Part shown: positions 10,064-18,941 of the stretch, piece by piece
Layout of the letters: each line of letters starts with the position of its first letter
Position numbering within the stretch: the first letter of the stretch is position 1
NCBI GenBank assembly: GCA_965216875.1
Contig: OZ244207.1
Location: forward strand, 1,888,001-1,952,000
Length of the DNA: 64,000 bases
Direction of reading: 5' to 3'
From: Rubripirellula sp.
GTDB lineage: Bacteria; Planctomycetota; Planctomycetia; Pirellulales; Pirellulaceae
The notes under the pieces: model-generated
What the model was told of the DNA's origin: nothing
Databases searched by the model: none
The model's input: the letters and a program-made list of their open reading frames with translations, nothing else
Translations under genes and position numbers: made by a program

Positions 10064-10945
10064 CTACTTGGGGGTCACCACGACGACTCCGGGGATCGAC
10101 GCACCCGGTGGGACGGCGCGAGAACTGACGTCGGCAAACTCCGCAACATTCATCGGGTTCCAGCCTTGGTCGATGCGGTAGGTGATCACAGTGGCGCCGG
10201 ATGTCGAGAAGACCAATTTCGCCCTGCCAGTCTTCTTGCAGAGGATCAATTCGAGAGTCGCTTCGCCCCCTCCGTCACGCCAGACTGACAGGTTGTCGTT
10301 GTCGTTGCCCGTGTCGACCTGCAGGCTCCATTTTCCGCCGAAGACGGAAAGTTCCGACGAGAACCCGTTCGCTTCGACTTCATAGCTCAACGGCACATGC
10401 ATCGCTGCGGACGAACGTGCGATTTCCATCGATGACTGTCCCGAGTTGCCACTGCCGCAGTAGGTTTCGTCAGAGCACTCGCCGATGAAAGTGGTTGAGT
10501 AGTTTCCACCAACTGGATTCCCCAATTCGTCGTAGAAGCAAACGGTGAGGTCGTTGCTTGGATCGGGGCCGGACCCACCACATTCCGCATTAGGAATGGA
10601 GTCGAGTTGCCAACTTCCGTCGTTTTGGTCGACTGTTCCCGAAACCGTAGCACCGCCATTGCAGCTTCCCTCGACGGTCGCTGGGTAATTGTTTCCAGAT
10701 GCCGGCGCATTGCCGTACGCACAGATCACCCCTGTCGTGCTGCCGCCGGTCACTTTCACCGGGTAGGGTTGCCCCGCCAAGGGCGCCTTGATGACCGATG
10801 CCACACCGAATTTGCCGGTGCCGGGATGGCAAATCTGCTCACAGTCCTGCTGTTGGGTCGATACGACTTCTACCGAGCTTCCGTCGGTAGGAATCGAAAT
10901 GTCTAGTCGGATCTTGATTCGCTTGCTCGACCCCATGACGTTCAC
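10064..10945 (-). CDS. Cys/Gly/Ser-rich beta-strand hypothetical protein
   Basis: 293-codon ORF whose GTG overlaps the kinase TGA (GTGA coupling). Nine Cys, no obvious signal peptide, no recognised family. Confidence 0.75.
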   Translation of the reverse strand: MNVMGSSKRIKIRLDISIPTDGSSVEVVSTQQQDCEQICHPGTGKFGVASVIKAPLAGQPYPVKVTGGSTTGVICAYGNAPASGNNYPATVEGSCNGGATVSGTVDQNDGSWQLDSIPNAECGGSGPDPSNDLTVCFYDELGNPVGGNYSTTFIGECSDETYCGSGNSGQSSMEIARSSAAMHVPLSYEVEANGFSSELSVFGGKWSLQVDTGNDNDNLSVWRDGGGEATLELILCKKTGRAKLVFSTSGATVITYRIDQGWNPMNVAEFADVSSRAVPPGASIPGVVVVTPK

Positions 10946-12663
10946 TCCACGTTGATTCTAAACTGGGACAGGATGATTGAAGCGTCGTCGATGTAGAATC
11001 CGAAGTCACCCTCCGAGTGCATGCTGTCGAGAATCTCGTTGTCAGGAACGAGCGAATCCATCGCTCGGCCGTCCCAGGTGCATGACTCAAGGCGGTAATT
11101 TCGGAAATACATCACCCAATCTTTCTTGGCGAAACCTGGGTGGGGAATTTGTGCAGACGCAACTTGCTGGGCACCATGGTAGTCGAAGTTCTCATTCAGT
11201 TTGACGATTGAGCGCACAAGCCAAAAAGAATTCTGGTTCGGTCGTTCGGTGCGTCTCAACAGTTCGATCATCTGACATTGGTATCCATCTGCAACACGAT
11301 GTAAGCCGAAGTAAAAGGCAAAGTCGCCGGCCCATCTTTGTTGGTCGACACTCATCATGATCTTGCAGTCGGGCTCGGTGATTAGGCCGATGTCGATAAA
11401 CGCCCGTCCATGTATGATCGCATGTAACTCTTCCATTTCAGGGTTGGCGACAAGCCTTGATCCGGTCTCTTCGCCCGGCATGAGCCGCTTGACAACGCCA
11501 CCACTAAGCAGCTTGGTCCATTTGCCTTTGGCGTAGTCGCGAATCGGCTCGAGCTCGGCGCTGACTTGTTCACCCCCATCGCTGTCGGAGCGTCCAATTG
11601 TGTTGTTGGCCATCGCGAGCAGCCCAACCACGACCGCGAATAGGAGCAGCGAGACGAGCAGACGAAGTGAGCCCTGGCCTTCGGAACGCGCGGGGGCGGA
11701 GGTCTCGTTCTGGTATTGGGCAAGCGCGTCACGCAGCGCGCCGGCCGTTGCGAACCTTTCGTCTATCCGCTTGGCCAGGCACTTTCGGACAATCGCGTCG
11801 AGTTCATCGGAAATCTCTTCGTTGGCCAGTTGCAACGCGGGAGGTTCGCGATTGCAGACTTCATCGGCCACTTGCTCCTTGCTGCCGCGAAAAGGACGCC
11901 TGCCGCCAAGCAATTCGTAAAGAATGACGCCCAAAGCCCAGACATCGGCCCGCCCATCCAGATACTGCGACTCGCCTCGAACCTGTTCGGGCGCCATGTA
12001 TTCGACCGTTCCGGCAAATTCGCCGCGGCGTTCGAACTGCGTCGATTCTTCGATCGCCAAGCCAAAATCCGAGACGAACGGAACACCTTCGCTGCTGATA
12101 AGGATGTTTGCGGGTTTCAGGTCGCGATGAACAAACCCAGCCCGGTGTGCAGAATGCACTGCATCGGCAACCGTGCGAATCATTTCAACCGAATCATCGA
12201 TCGATAGCGGTTCCTTTTTGGCCGCGGCTCGCAAGGTCGGCCCGTCGATCCAATCCAAGATCAGATAGACGTCGCCGTTGAGTGTTTGGTCTGCACCCAA
12301 AACACGCACAATGTTGGGGTGCCGCAACTTTGCCATCGTGCGCGCCTCGCGCAGCATCATCTCGGTGGTCTTTTCGCTCGAGCGATGGCGAGAGACCTTG
12401 ATGGCTACGTTGCACGAGAGTTTTTCATCGTATGCTTGGTAGACGACGCCAAACGCACCTTCACCGACCGGGCGAATCACACGGTATTTGCCGATGCTCT
12501 TGGGAGCCTCGGTGAACTGGGCGGGCGTTTCTCTTGCATAGACAGTGGTTGCCGACGCCGACGATGGTTCATCGAAAAGGGCGCAACCGCACTTGGGGCA
12601 ACGCGTCGAATGGACCTGATCAACGCTTGTGACTGCTGAACATTTGTAACAGGTAACTTGCAT
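10942..12663 (-). CDS. Hanks-type Ser/Thr protein kinase with N-terminal zinc ribbon, TM helix and C-terminal extracytoplasmic domain
   Basis: CYKC..CPKC, GEGAFGVVY, VAIK, HRDLKPANIL, DFG, GTVEYMAPEQ, DVWALGVILYE; TM LLVSLLLFAVVVGLLAMA. Confidence 0.95.
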   Translation of the reverse strand: MQVTCYKCSAVTSVDQVHSTRCPKCGCALFDEPSSASATTVYARETPAQFTEAPKSIGKYRVIRPVGEGAFGVVYQAYDEKLSCNVAIKVSRHRSSEKTTEMMLREARTMAKLRHPNIVRVLGADQTLNGDVYLILDWIDGPTLRAAAKKEPLSIDDSVEMIRTVADAVHSAHRAGFVHRDLKPANILISSEGVPFVSDFGLAIEESTQFERRGEFAGTVEYMAPEQVRGESQYLDGRADVWALGVILYELLGGRRPFRGSKEQVADEVCNREPPALQLANEEISDELDAIVRKCLAKRIDERFATAGALRDALAQYQNETSAPARSEGQGSLRLLVSLLLFAVVVGLLAMANNTIGRSDSDGGEQVSAELEPIRDYAKGKWTKLLSGGVVKRLMPGEETGSRLVANPEMEELHAIIHGRAFIDIGLITEPDCKIMMSVDQQRWAGDFAFYFGLHRVADGYQCQMIELLRRTERPNQNSFWLVRSIVKLNENFDYHGAQQVASAQIPHPGFAKKDWVMYFRNYRLESCTWDGRAMDSLVPDNEILDSMHSEGDFGFYIDDASIILSQFRINVE

Positions 12664-12793
12664 TGACGTTGATCACACGATGCTTTGGTGTGCCCCTATA
12701 AATCCGAACACCAATCAGGTTATCAGCTACCCCATGCCCCAGCAATTTGTTCTGCGATCACAGCAGGTAATTTCGCAGAAACAAGAACACGTC

Positions 12794-13303
12794 TCACTCA
12801 GAAAGAATGCGCTGCCAATAACCAACGTCGATCCAGCGGTCGAACTTGAAACCGACTTGGCGGTAGTAGGCAGCTCGTTGCATTCCAAACTTTTCATGCA
12901 ACACGACACTCGCTGGATTCGGTAGCGCGACGCCGCCAATGATGGTGTGGATTCCTTTGGCGGTAAGTCGATCGATTAGATCAGCGTAAAGCGCCGAGCC
13001 GATGCCACGTCCGGTGTGGTTGGGTGACAAATAGACCGTGATTTCCGCAGAGAATCGGTAGGCGGCACGTTGGTGCCATTGTGCAGCATAGGCGTAGCCG
13101 GCGACCTCCTCGTCATCAACGACCGCAACCAACCATGGAAAACCATGCTCGATCACCCTGTCATAGCGAGACCTCATCTCGTCGGCCGATACCGGGTCGA
13201 CTTCAAACGTGACAACGGTCTCGCTGATGTAATGGTTGTAAATCTCTGCAATCGCGACGAAATCGTCGGCGATCGCTTCACGGACTGCTACCTCGGCACT
13301 CAT
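12794..13303 (-). CDS. GNAT N-acetyltransferase (phosphinothricin/methionine-sulfoximine acetyltransferase-like)
   Basis: IYNHYI..TVVTFE, GYAYA, RAAYRFSAEITVY, GRGIGSALY, NPASVVLHEKFG, GFKFDRWIDV. Confidence 0.92.
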   Translation of the reverse strand: MSAEVAVREAIADDFVAIAEIYNHYISETVVTFEVDPVSADEMRSRYDRVIEHGFPWLVAVVDDEEVAGYAYAAQWHQRAAYRFSAEITVYLSPNHTGRGIGSALYADLIDRLTAKGIHTIIGGVALPNPASVVLHEKFGMQRAAYYRQVGFKFDRWIDVGYWQRILSE

Positions 13304-13309
13304 TGCCAG

Positions 13310-14047
13310 TTACTTGGCCTCTTTTGATGAAAGGGAAAAGATCTGGACGTCATCAACGACGGCGCGCTTAGGCACAGCGAGCCGAAGGGTACGTTTGGTT
13401 GGATGCGCGATCCCTTCGGAAGCAAACTTGGCAACCTCATCGCCGTCGATCTGCACTGCCAGTGTGTCGCCCTTGACCGTGACGACAAGGTCATGCCACG
13501 TCCCAGGCTTCAATTGGTGAGGGAAGCGTTTCTCGTTGCGTTTGATTCTCTCTTTGGCTTCCTCGGTCAGTTGGTCTGCAAGCCGCATCTGACGTGTCTT
13601 CAAGTCCATGCGTCCCATCTTTAAGTCAGAAAGCTGGACGGACTTGGTCGCGATCTTGGCGACAAACAAATGACCCGCGTGAACCTTTTTGTATTTGAGG
13701 TCAGCGAAGTTGAGCCCCAAGCTGTCTTGATCGCGCGGCAGCATGAACCGAAGTCGCACCTGACCGTCGCGAAACTCTGCAGGATGCGTCACTGAGACTG
13801 CGTGGTCGGCGGTTGGGTGCATTTCGATGTGCATCGTTCCGTCACGCAAGTCGACTTGCTTGTTTCCGCCGGCACGCTTGGCACTGTTGGTTCCCCAGCC
13901 TTGTCCAAGTTCCTCTTTGGCGTCATCCGACTCGGACCGTTCGAATTTGTCTTCGAAAAGAAGGGTGGCATTTCGGTGGGTGCTGTCGTCGGCAAATGCG
14001 GTAACCGAAACGGCGAACAGACACAGTGCAGATAGGATTCGATTCAT
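13310..14047 (-). CDS. Secreted ConA-like beta-sandwich protein (DUF1080-like)
   Basis: Signal peptide (..AVSVTAFA-DD), LLFEDKFE, WHDLVVTVKGDTLAVQIDG, VDDVQIF. Confidence 0.75.
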   Translation of the reverse strand: MNRILSALCLFAVSVTAFADDSTHRNATLLFEDKFERSESDDAKEELGQGWGTNSAKRAGGNKQVDLRDGTMHIEMHPTADHAVSVTHPAEFRDGQVRLRFMLPRDQDSLGLNFADLKYKKVHAGHLFVAKIATKSVQLSDLKMGRMDLKTRQMRLADQLTEEAKERIKRNEKRFPHQLKPGTWHDLVVTVKGDTLAVQIDGDEVAKFASEGIAHPTKRTLRLAVPKRAVVDDVQIFSLSSKEAK

Positions 14048-14203
14048 GGTTGTGGTGGCTCAATCGAAGGAGGGATGGTGAGGGTCTGGATTGTAGCTCA
14101 TGCAGCAGGGAATACAGTACCGGTGCCTGATTCGGCGTGGCAGCTGGTCTAGAATACCTGCCCGCGTCGTATTGGTTCTTTAGTTTTCATTGGCGTCCTC
14201 AAA

Positions 14204-15961
14204 ATGCACCGCAAGCCGCGATCTCTCGCTTTGTTTCTGCTGTTGGCGATTTCGGTCAAAGCGTACGCGGTTCCTCCCAACGTGGTTGTCGTGTTGACGG
14301 ACGATCAAGGTTGGGGCGATTTGGAGATCAATGGGAACACCAATCTGAAAACGCCGAATATTGATTCGCTTGCTCATGACGGAACGACGGTCGAACACTT
14401 TTATGTTTGCCAGGTTTGCGCGCCGACACGTGCCGAGTTTTTTACGGGCCGCTACTACCCGCGTACGGGCGTCAGCGGTGTCAGCCGTGGGGAAGAAAGG
14501 CTCAACGCAGACGAAACAACCATCGCCGAAGTGTTTCGAGCGTCCGGTTATCGTACGGGTGCGTTTGGTAAATGGCACAACGGCACGCAATCCCCACTCC
14601 ACCCAAATGACAAAGGCTTCGATGAGTTCTACGGATTCACTTCGGGGCATTGGGGACACTATTTCAGTCCACCGCTGGACCACAACGGAACCATGGTGCG
14701 CGGTAATGGATTTGTAGTCGATGACTTTACGGATCACGCGATCGACTTTATTCGAGAGCACCGATCGAAACCCTTCTTCTGCTACCTGCCGCTAAACACG
14801 CCCCATTCGCCGATGATGATCGACGATCGGTTCTACAACAAATTCAAAGACCAACCGATTGGGATGACTCATCGCGACCCCAAACGCGAGGACGTCATGA
14901 TGACGCGCGCGGCGCTGGCGATGGTCGAAAACATTGATTGGAACGTCGGCCGGCTCCTGGCGTCGATCGACGAGCTTGGGTTGCGGGAAAACACGATTGT
15001 CGTCTTCTTTTCAGACAATGGTCCGAATTCGTATCGGTGGAACGGAGGCATGAAGGGGCGAAAAGGCGCGATTGACGAAGGAGGTTTGAGGTCGCCATTG
15101 ATGATTCGTTGGCCAGGCAAAATCAAACACGCCCGACGTTTGCGACCGATTCAGGGCGCAATCGATCTCCTTCCGACACTTTGCGATCTGTGCGGCGTTG
15201 ACTTGGAAAGCCGCAAGCCGCTCGACGGCGTTAGCTTTGCGCCCAATCTGCTGGGTAGGCAAACAACCAAATCCGATCGATTGCTCTTCGCAGTCAAGGG
15301 AAAGAACGTAAGCGTGCGCAGTCAGAACTTCCGGCTCGATGCGACGGGGAAGCTTTTTCATATTGAGAGCGATCCCGGACAAACGAAGGACGTTTCCAAA
15401 CAATATCCGGAACGGTTCGCCGAACTCAGCAAGGCGGCCCGAAGCCACTTGTTGGCGATGCAAAAGGAGTTCGAGGCGAATTCGGATCGGCCATTCCATG
15501 TCGGATTCGGAAAACATGGAACGTTGCCGGCCCGGGATGCCATTCCCCATGGATCGATTGAGCGGTCGTCGAAAGCACCAAACAACTCTTTCTTGGTCAA
15601 TTGGACCTCGAGTGACGACGCAATCACATGGGATGTCGATGTTGCCAAGCCTGGGCTTTACGACGTGACTTTGCGTTACACATGTCGCGAGGGAAACGAG
15701 AACGCGGTCGTTCAGTTGGCGTCCGATGCTGGCGGGACTGTCAAAGCCAAAATCAAGGAGGTCTTTGATCCGCCGCTGTATGACAAATCAAAAGAACGTG
15801 TGGAGAAGTCCCACTACTTTGTCAAAGACTTTCGGCCAATCGATCTGGGCTCTATCAAGTTGTCAGGTGGACGGCAGACGTTGACCCTGCGGGCGATCGA
15901 GATCCCTGGCAAGGGCGTCGTGGACGTTCATTCAATCGACGTCGCCTTCACCAAGCCGTGA
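14204..15961 (+). CDS. Arylsulfatase (S1 family) with C-terminal CBM-like domain
   Basis: Signal peptide, PNVVVVLTDDQG, CAPTRAEFFTGRY (CxPxR), GKWH, SDNG, EGGLRSP; C-terminal WDVDVAKPGLYDVTLRY beta-sandwich. Confidence 0.95.
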   Translation: MHRKPRSLALFLLLAISVKAYAVPPNVVVVLTDDQGWGDLEINGNTNLKTPNIDSLAHDGTTVEHFYVCQVCAPTRAEFFTGRYYPRTGVSGVSRGEERLNADETTIAEVFRASGYRTGAFGKWHNGTQSPLHPNDKGFDEFYGFTSGHWGHYFSPPLDHNGTMVRGNGFVVDDFTDHAIDFIREHRSKPFFCYLPLNTPHSPMMIDDRFYNKFKDQPIGMTHRDPKREDVMMTRAALAMVENIDWNVGRLLASIDELGLRENTIVVFFSDNGPNSYRWNGGMKGRKGAIDEGGLRSPLMIRWPGKIKHARRLRPIQGAIDLLPTLCDLCGVDLESRKPLDGVSFAPNLLGRQTTKSDRLLFAVKGKNVSVRSQNFRLDATGKLFHIESDPGQTKDVSKQYPERFAELSKAARSHLLAMQKEFEANSDRPFHVGFGKHGTLPARDAIPHGSIERSSKAPNNSFLVNWTSSDDAITWDVDVAKPGLYDVTLRYTCREGNENAVVQLASDAGGTVKAKIKEVFDPPLYDKSKERVEKSHYFVKDFRPIDLGSIKLSGGRQTLTLRAIEIPGKGVVDVHSIDVAFTKP

Positions 15962-15963
15962 TT

Positions 15964-17136
15964 TCATTCGCTCGTAACCGTTTGCTCATCGACGAGCTTT
16001 TGAAACTGCTGCCAATGGTCCGAAGACGCGAACATTTGCGGCTTTGCGATGATCAACTGCCGAACGCCTGAGCGTTGCAGCGAGATTCGATCGTCCGAAT
16101 TCTCGATGCAACGGATTTGCATCCAAGGGACAAAGGTCGTTGTTACGGCGTAGTCGGCCGTAATTCCCTTGTCGGTCGCAAAGGCAACAACATAAAGCAC
16201 GCTGTGCTGCGACGCCCCGCCAGACCAATGGTTTCGTGCTGCCCGATAGAGCCCGAGGCTCAAGAAAAGCGTGACGGTCACTGCAACGAAAGTGTTGCCA
16301 AGAGGTTGAGCGATGCCTAACGCAATTGACGCGCCAAAAAAAGCCAACCCAACGAGAACGAGCTTTGCACGTCGGGGTCGGTTTCGCCAACGGGAGTGAG
16401 CGCGACGGGGCAAGTCGGCACGTGTGATGCTGCCTCGGAATGTGATTGCCGAGTCGGGGCCATCCACGCTTGGATCACGCTTTCGACGCAAGAGTCCGCG
16501 GACGTCATATTTGCGGTAGTTGGTCGTGCCGAAATCGGTATTGGGGTCATGCAGCATCTCTGCAACTTCTTTGACCCGATCCCAATCACTCAGGCTTGAG
16601 AGCATGGAAGCGGCGACAAGCAGAGGTTCGTGGTTGTGAAGAGAGGGCCGAAAAGCAATCGCTTGTTCGCCAATGATCGCATCGTCGAACCAATCCCAGC
16701 GAAACGATTGTGCGACACCGTCTCGAGTGAGTGATACCCCTTGGGCATCAATGGTGCCGGCGCAAGGCTTGTAGCAGTCGGGATTGGCTCTGTTGAAGAC
16801 AGCCAGCCGGTAGGGAAGTGTTGACGTGATCGCGGCGATCAGTGCGATTCCCAGATAGCCGATCGAGATCGGCAAACCTTCCCAGCCGAGAAACAGATGC
16901 GGAATGATTGCAAACGGAGTCGCAAGTAGCAGGATCAGGAGCATCGACCGAACGTCAACATGGTCGTAGTGCCGCAAGTAGTCGCGCACGTTTTCGACCG
17001 AGAGCGAACCGGTGAATGGGACCGGATCGGCCAGCAGTGTCGGTAGGTCGTTGCCACTGCCGGTTGGTTCGACATGCGCCGGAGGAGCGTACGGATTTGA
17101 CTCGACGATATCGGAGTCAGCGTTATTGTTGGACAT
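15964..17136 (-). CDS. Membrane protein with two tandem YcxB-like modules
   Basis: N-terminal NPYAPP. Two repeats of (F.GS[LI] - two TM helices - G[VI]...W... PH-like domain ending 'S..[DH]W'). Confidence 0.75.
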   Translation of the reverse strand: MSNNNADSDIVESNPYAPPAHVEPTGSGNDLPTLLADPVPFTGSLSVENVRDYLRHYDHVDVRSMLLILLLATPFAIIPHLFLGWEGLPISIGYLGIALIAAITSTLPYRLAVFNRANPDCYKPCAGTIDAQGVSLTRDGVAQSFRWDWFDDAIIGEQAIAFRPSLHNHEPLLVAASMLSSLSDWDRVKEVAEMLHDPNTDFGTTNYRKYDVRGLLRRKRDPSVDGPDSAITFRGSITRADLPRRAHSRWRNRPRRAKLVLVGLAFFGASIALGIAQPLGNTFVAVTVTLFLSLGLYRAARNHWSGGASQHSVLYVVAFATDKGITADYAVTTTFVPWMQIRCIENSDDRISLQRSGVRQLIIAKPQMFASSDHWQQFQKLVDEQTVTSE

Positions 17137-17158
17137 TCAGGGGCATCGGCAGTCGCGT

Positions 17159-17542
17159 CTACGCTTCTTCGATCGGTTCGAGATCGGCAACCACATACCA
17201 ATTGGTGACCTTGGTTTCGGTGCACTCAACAAAGAATCGCCATTCCGAGCTTGTGTAGTCCCACGACATGTCCTTGATGTCGCCGTCGTGGAAGGACTCT
17301 GGCAGATTGACGCGAACATGGTCAAACAAAATCATTTCCGGTGGATAGATTTGTTCCGGGTGTGGATTCATTGCTGTCAGCAGCGTTGTGATCGCGAGCC
17401 GCAAATTCTTGATTTGGCACTCAGTGGCGTCGTTGATTGATTCTTTGCCAGAGGGACGATGGACCACTTTGATCGCAGCGGATTCCGATCCGTCCGAAGG
17501 TGTGAAGACGTGGACAGCGAGATCGTCTGCGCGAAGTTGCAC
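17159..17542 (-). CDS. Hypothetical protein: release-factor domain-3-like N-half lacking GGQ, plus SH3-like C-half
   Basis: LRADDLAVHVF..SAAIKVVHRPSG..QIKNLRLAITTL resembles RF1 (DLRIDTF..SAIRITHLPTG..QHKNKAKAL). C-half FDHVRV..GDIKDMSW..RFFVE..WY..DL. Confidence 0.7.
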   Translation of the reverse strand: MQLRADDLAVHVFTPSDGSESAAIKVVHRPSGKESINDATECQIKNLRLAITTLLTAMNPHPEQIYPPEMILFDHVRVNLPESFHDGDIKDMSWDYTSSEWRFFVECTETKVTNWYVVADLEPIEEA

Positions 17543-17625
17543 TTGATTGTTTCCCTAGACGAGGCGGTTCAAACAGGCCTCTGATTGTATCGCGCAAACG
17601 GTGAGCAAGAAGACGGTTCCCGCCG

Positions 17626-17737
17626 GTGAGCCGCAGGCCCCGATCGGTCGAGGCCCTGATACGTAGAGGCCCTGATGAGTTGAGGCATAGGGCCCTTTGG
17701 ATGCGTAGGGCCCGCTCACTAGCGCGATCGCGGCTCA
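17626..17737. repeat. Degenerate family-B doublet
   Basis: GTGAGCCGCAGGCC...GCGCGATCGCGGCTCA with internal duplications of GAGGCCCTGAT and TAGGGCCC. Confidence 0.7.
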
Positions 17738-17753
17738 TCGGAAACCGCAGTGG

Positions 17754-18689
17754 TTATCCCAATGACGGCGGAAGCGATTCCGCAATCGGACTGAGGTAAA
17801 GCGTTTCGGCATGATGCTTTTCCGCTTTTGGCCGCAGGAGAGCTGCCGCGGCGGCCAGCAAATCGCGGCGGCTGACTTGGCCGATCAGTTTACCGTTTTC
17901 AAGGACGGGAAGTCGGCGATAAGGAGTCGTTAGGAACATTTGAGCGACGGACAGGATATCGTCACCCATCGCGATCGTCTGAGCATTGCTGTCCATAAAA
18001 CGATCAATCGAGGAGAGCGTTGATGCCTTCATGAGCCGTTCGTCCGCCGTGCCGTTTTCAATCTTGGTCGACACGTCTTTGGCGACGCGGAGCTCGGCAC
18101 GTAGCACATCGCGCCGAGAGACTTGGCCAGCGAGCAGATCGCCACGCAGGATCGGTAATCGCCGATAAGGCGTCTGTTGGAACTTGTGAGCAAGATCCAA
18201 AAGATTGGTGTCTTCGCCGAAAATCCGTTGCCGGTCTGTATTCATATACGACCCAACGTTCGATCCGGGAAGTTGGTCGTAGGCAGCCGCCAACAGCACA
18301 CGCATTGCCGTCTTTTCTGAAAAGATCCCGAGGAAGCGGCCCGATGCATCGACTACGGGCGCACCCGATACTCGCTTTGCGAGGATGTCATCGATCGCTT
18401 CAAAAACGTCAAGCTCAGGACAGAGGGTCGTCAAGCTGCTGGTCATGATTTCGCGCGCTCGAACGATATGCATGCCAACTTCATCGCCAAGTTCAACGGT
18501 GTCGGTCAACGCGTTGATGGAACACTTCTCTGAAAAGACACCGAGGAAGGTTCCTGCAGCATCCACAACGGGCGCGCCAGAAATGTTGCTTCGCAACAGG
18601 CGGTCGATACCGTCGAGAACACAGGTTTGCGGTTCCAGAGTCACAAGCTGTCGCCGCATGAAGTCTTGTGCGATTTGCATTGTTGCCAT
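17754..18689 (-). CDS. Multi-CBS-domain protein
   Basis: Two ISGAPVVDA..FLG.FSEK-type CBS units, two TPYRRLP..GQVSRRD units and a C-terminal LYLS motif. Start moved to ATG 18689. Confidence 0.92.
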   Translation of the reverse strand: MATMQIAQDFMRRQLVTLEPQTCVLDGIDRLLRSNISGAPVVDAAGTFLGVFSEKCSINALTDTVELGDEVGMHIVRAREIMTSSLTTLCPELDVFEAIDDILAKRVSGAPVVDASGRFLGIFSEKTAMRVLLAAAYDQLPGSNVGSYMNTDRQRIFGEDTNLLDLAHKFQQTPYRRLPILRGDLLAGQVSRRDVLRAELRVAKDVSTKIENGTADERLMKASTLSSIDRFMDSNAQTIAMGDDILSVAQMFLTTPYRRLPVLENGKLIGQVSRRDLLAAAAALLRPKAEKHHAETLYLSPIAESLPPSLG

Positions 18690-18843
18690 GGCAAGTGTCC
18701 GTTTGAACGAAGGGATAAGCACCGCCAAAGCGCACCTGCAAGAAACCGCCTTGACGAATAAGACAAAGTGAAATCCTTGTCACCAACGTTCCAAAGCTAA
18801 ACGTGCAAAAGTTTCAAGTCAAACTTTTTGAGCCTCTTTGTCT

Positions 18844-18938
18844 TGTGAAACAATGCACAACCTAAGCGACAAGTAAGCGCAGCTGCGGTTGTGTGAAAAC
18901 AGATAAACTCCGCAAGGTAGTTTGTGACACTGTGCACA
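18844..18938. promoter_or_regulatory. Two CRP/FNR-like boxes upstream of the CBS gene
   Basis: TGTGA-aacaat-GCACA (18844-18859) and TGTGA-cactgt-GCACA (18923-18938) in an AT-rich intergenic region. Confidence 0.45.
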
Positions 18939-18941
18939 AAC

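Noticed and set aside
17672..17745. Hammerhead ribozyme (CTGATGAG ... GAAAC)
   Set aside because: I could not build stems I-III around the core; the motif lies within a degenerate family-B repeat
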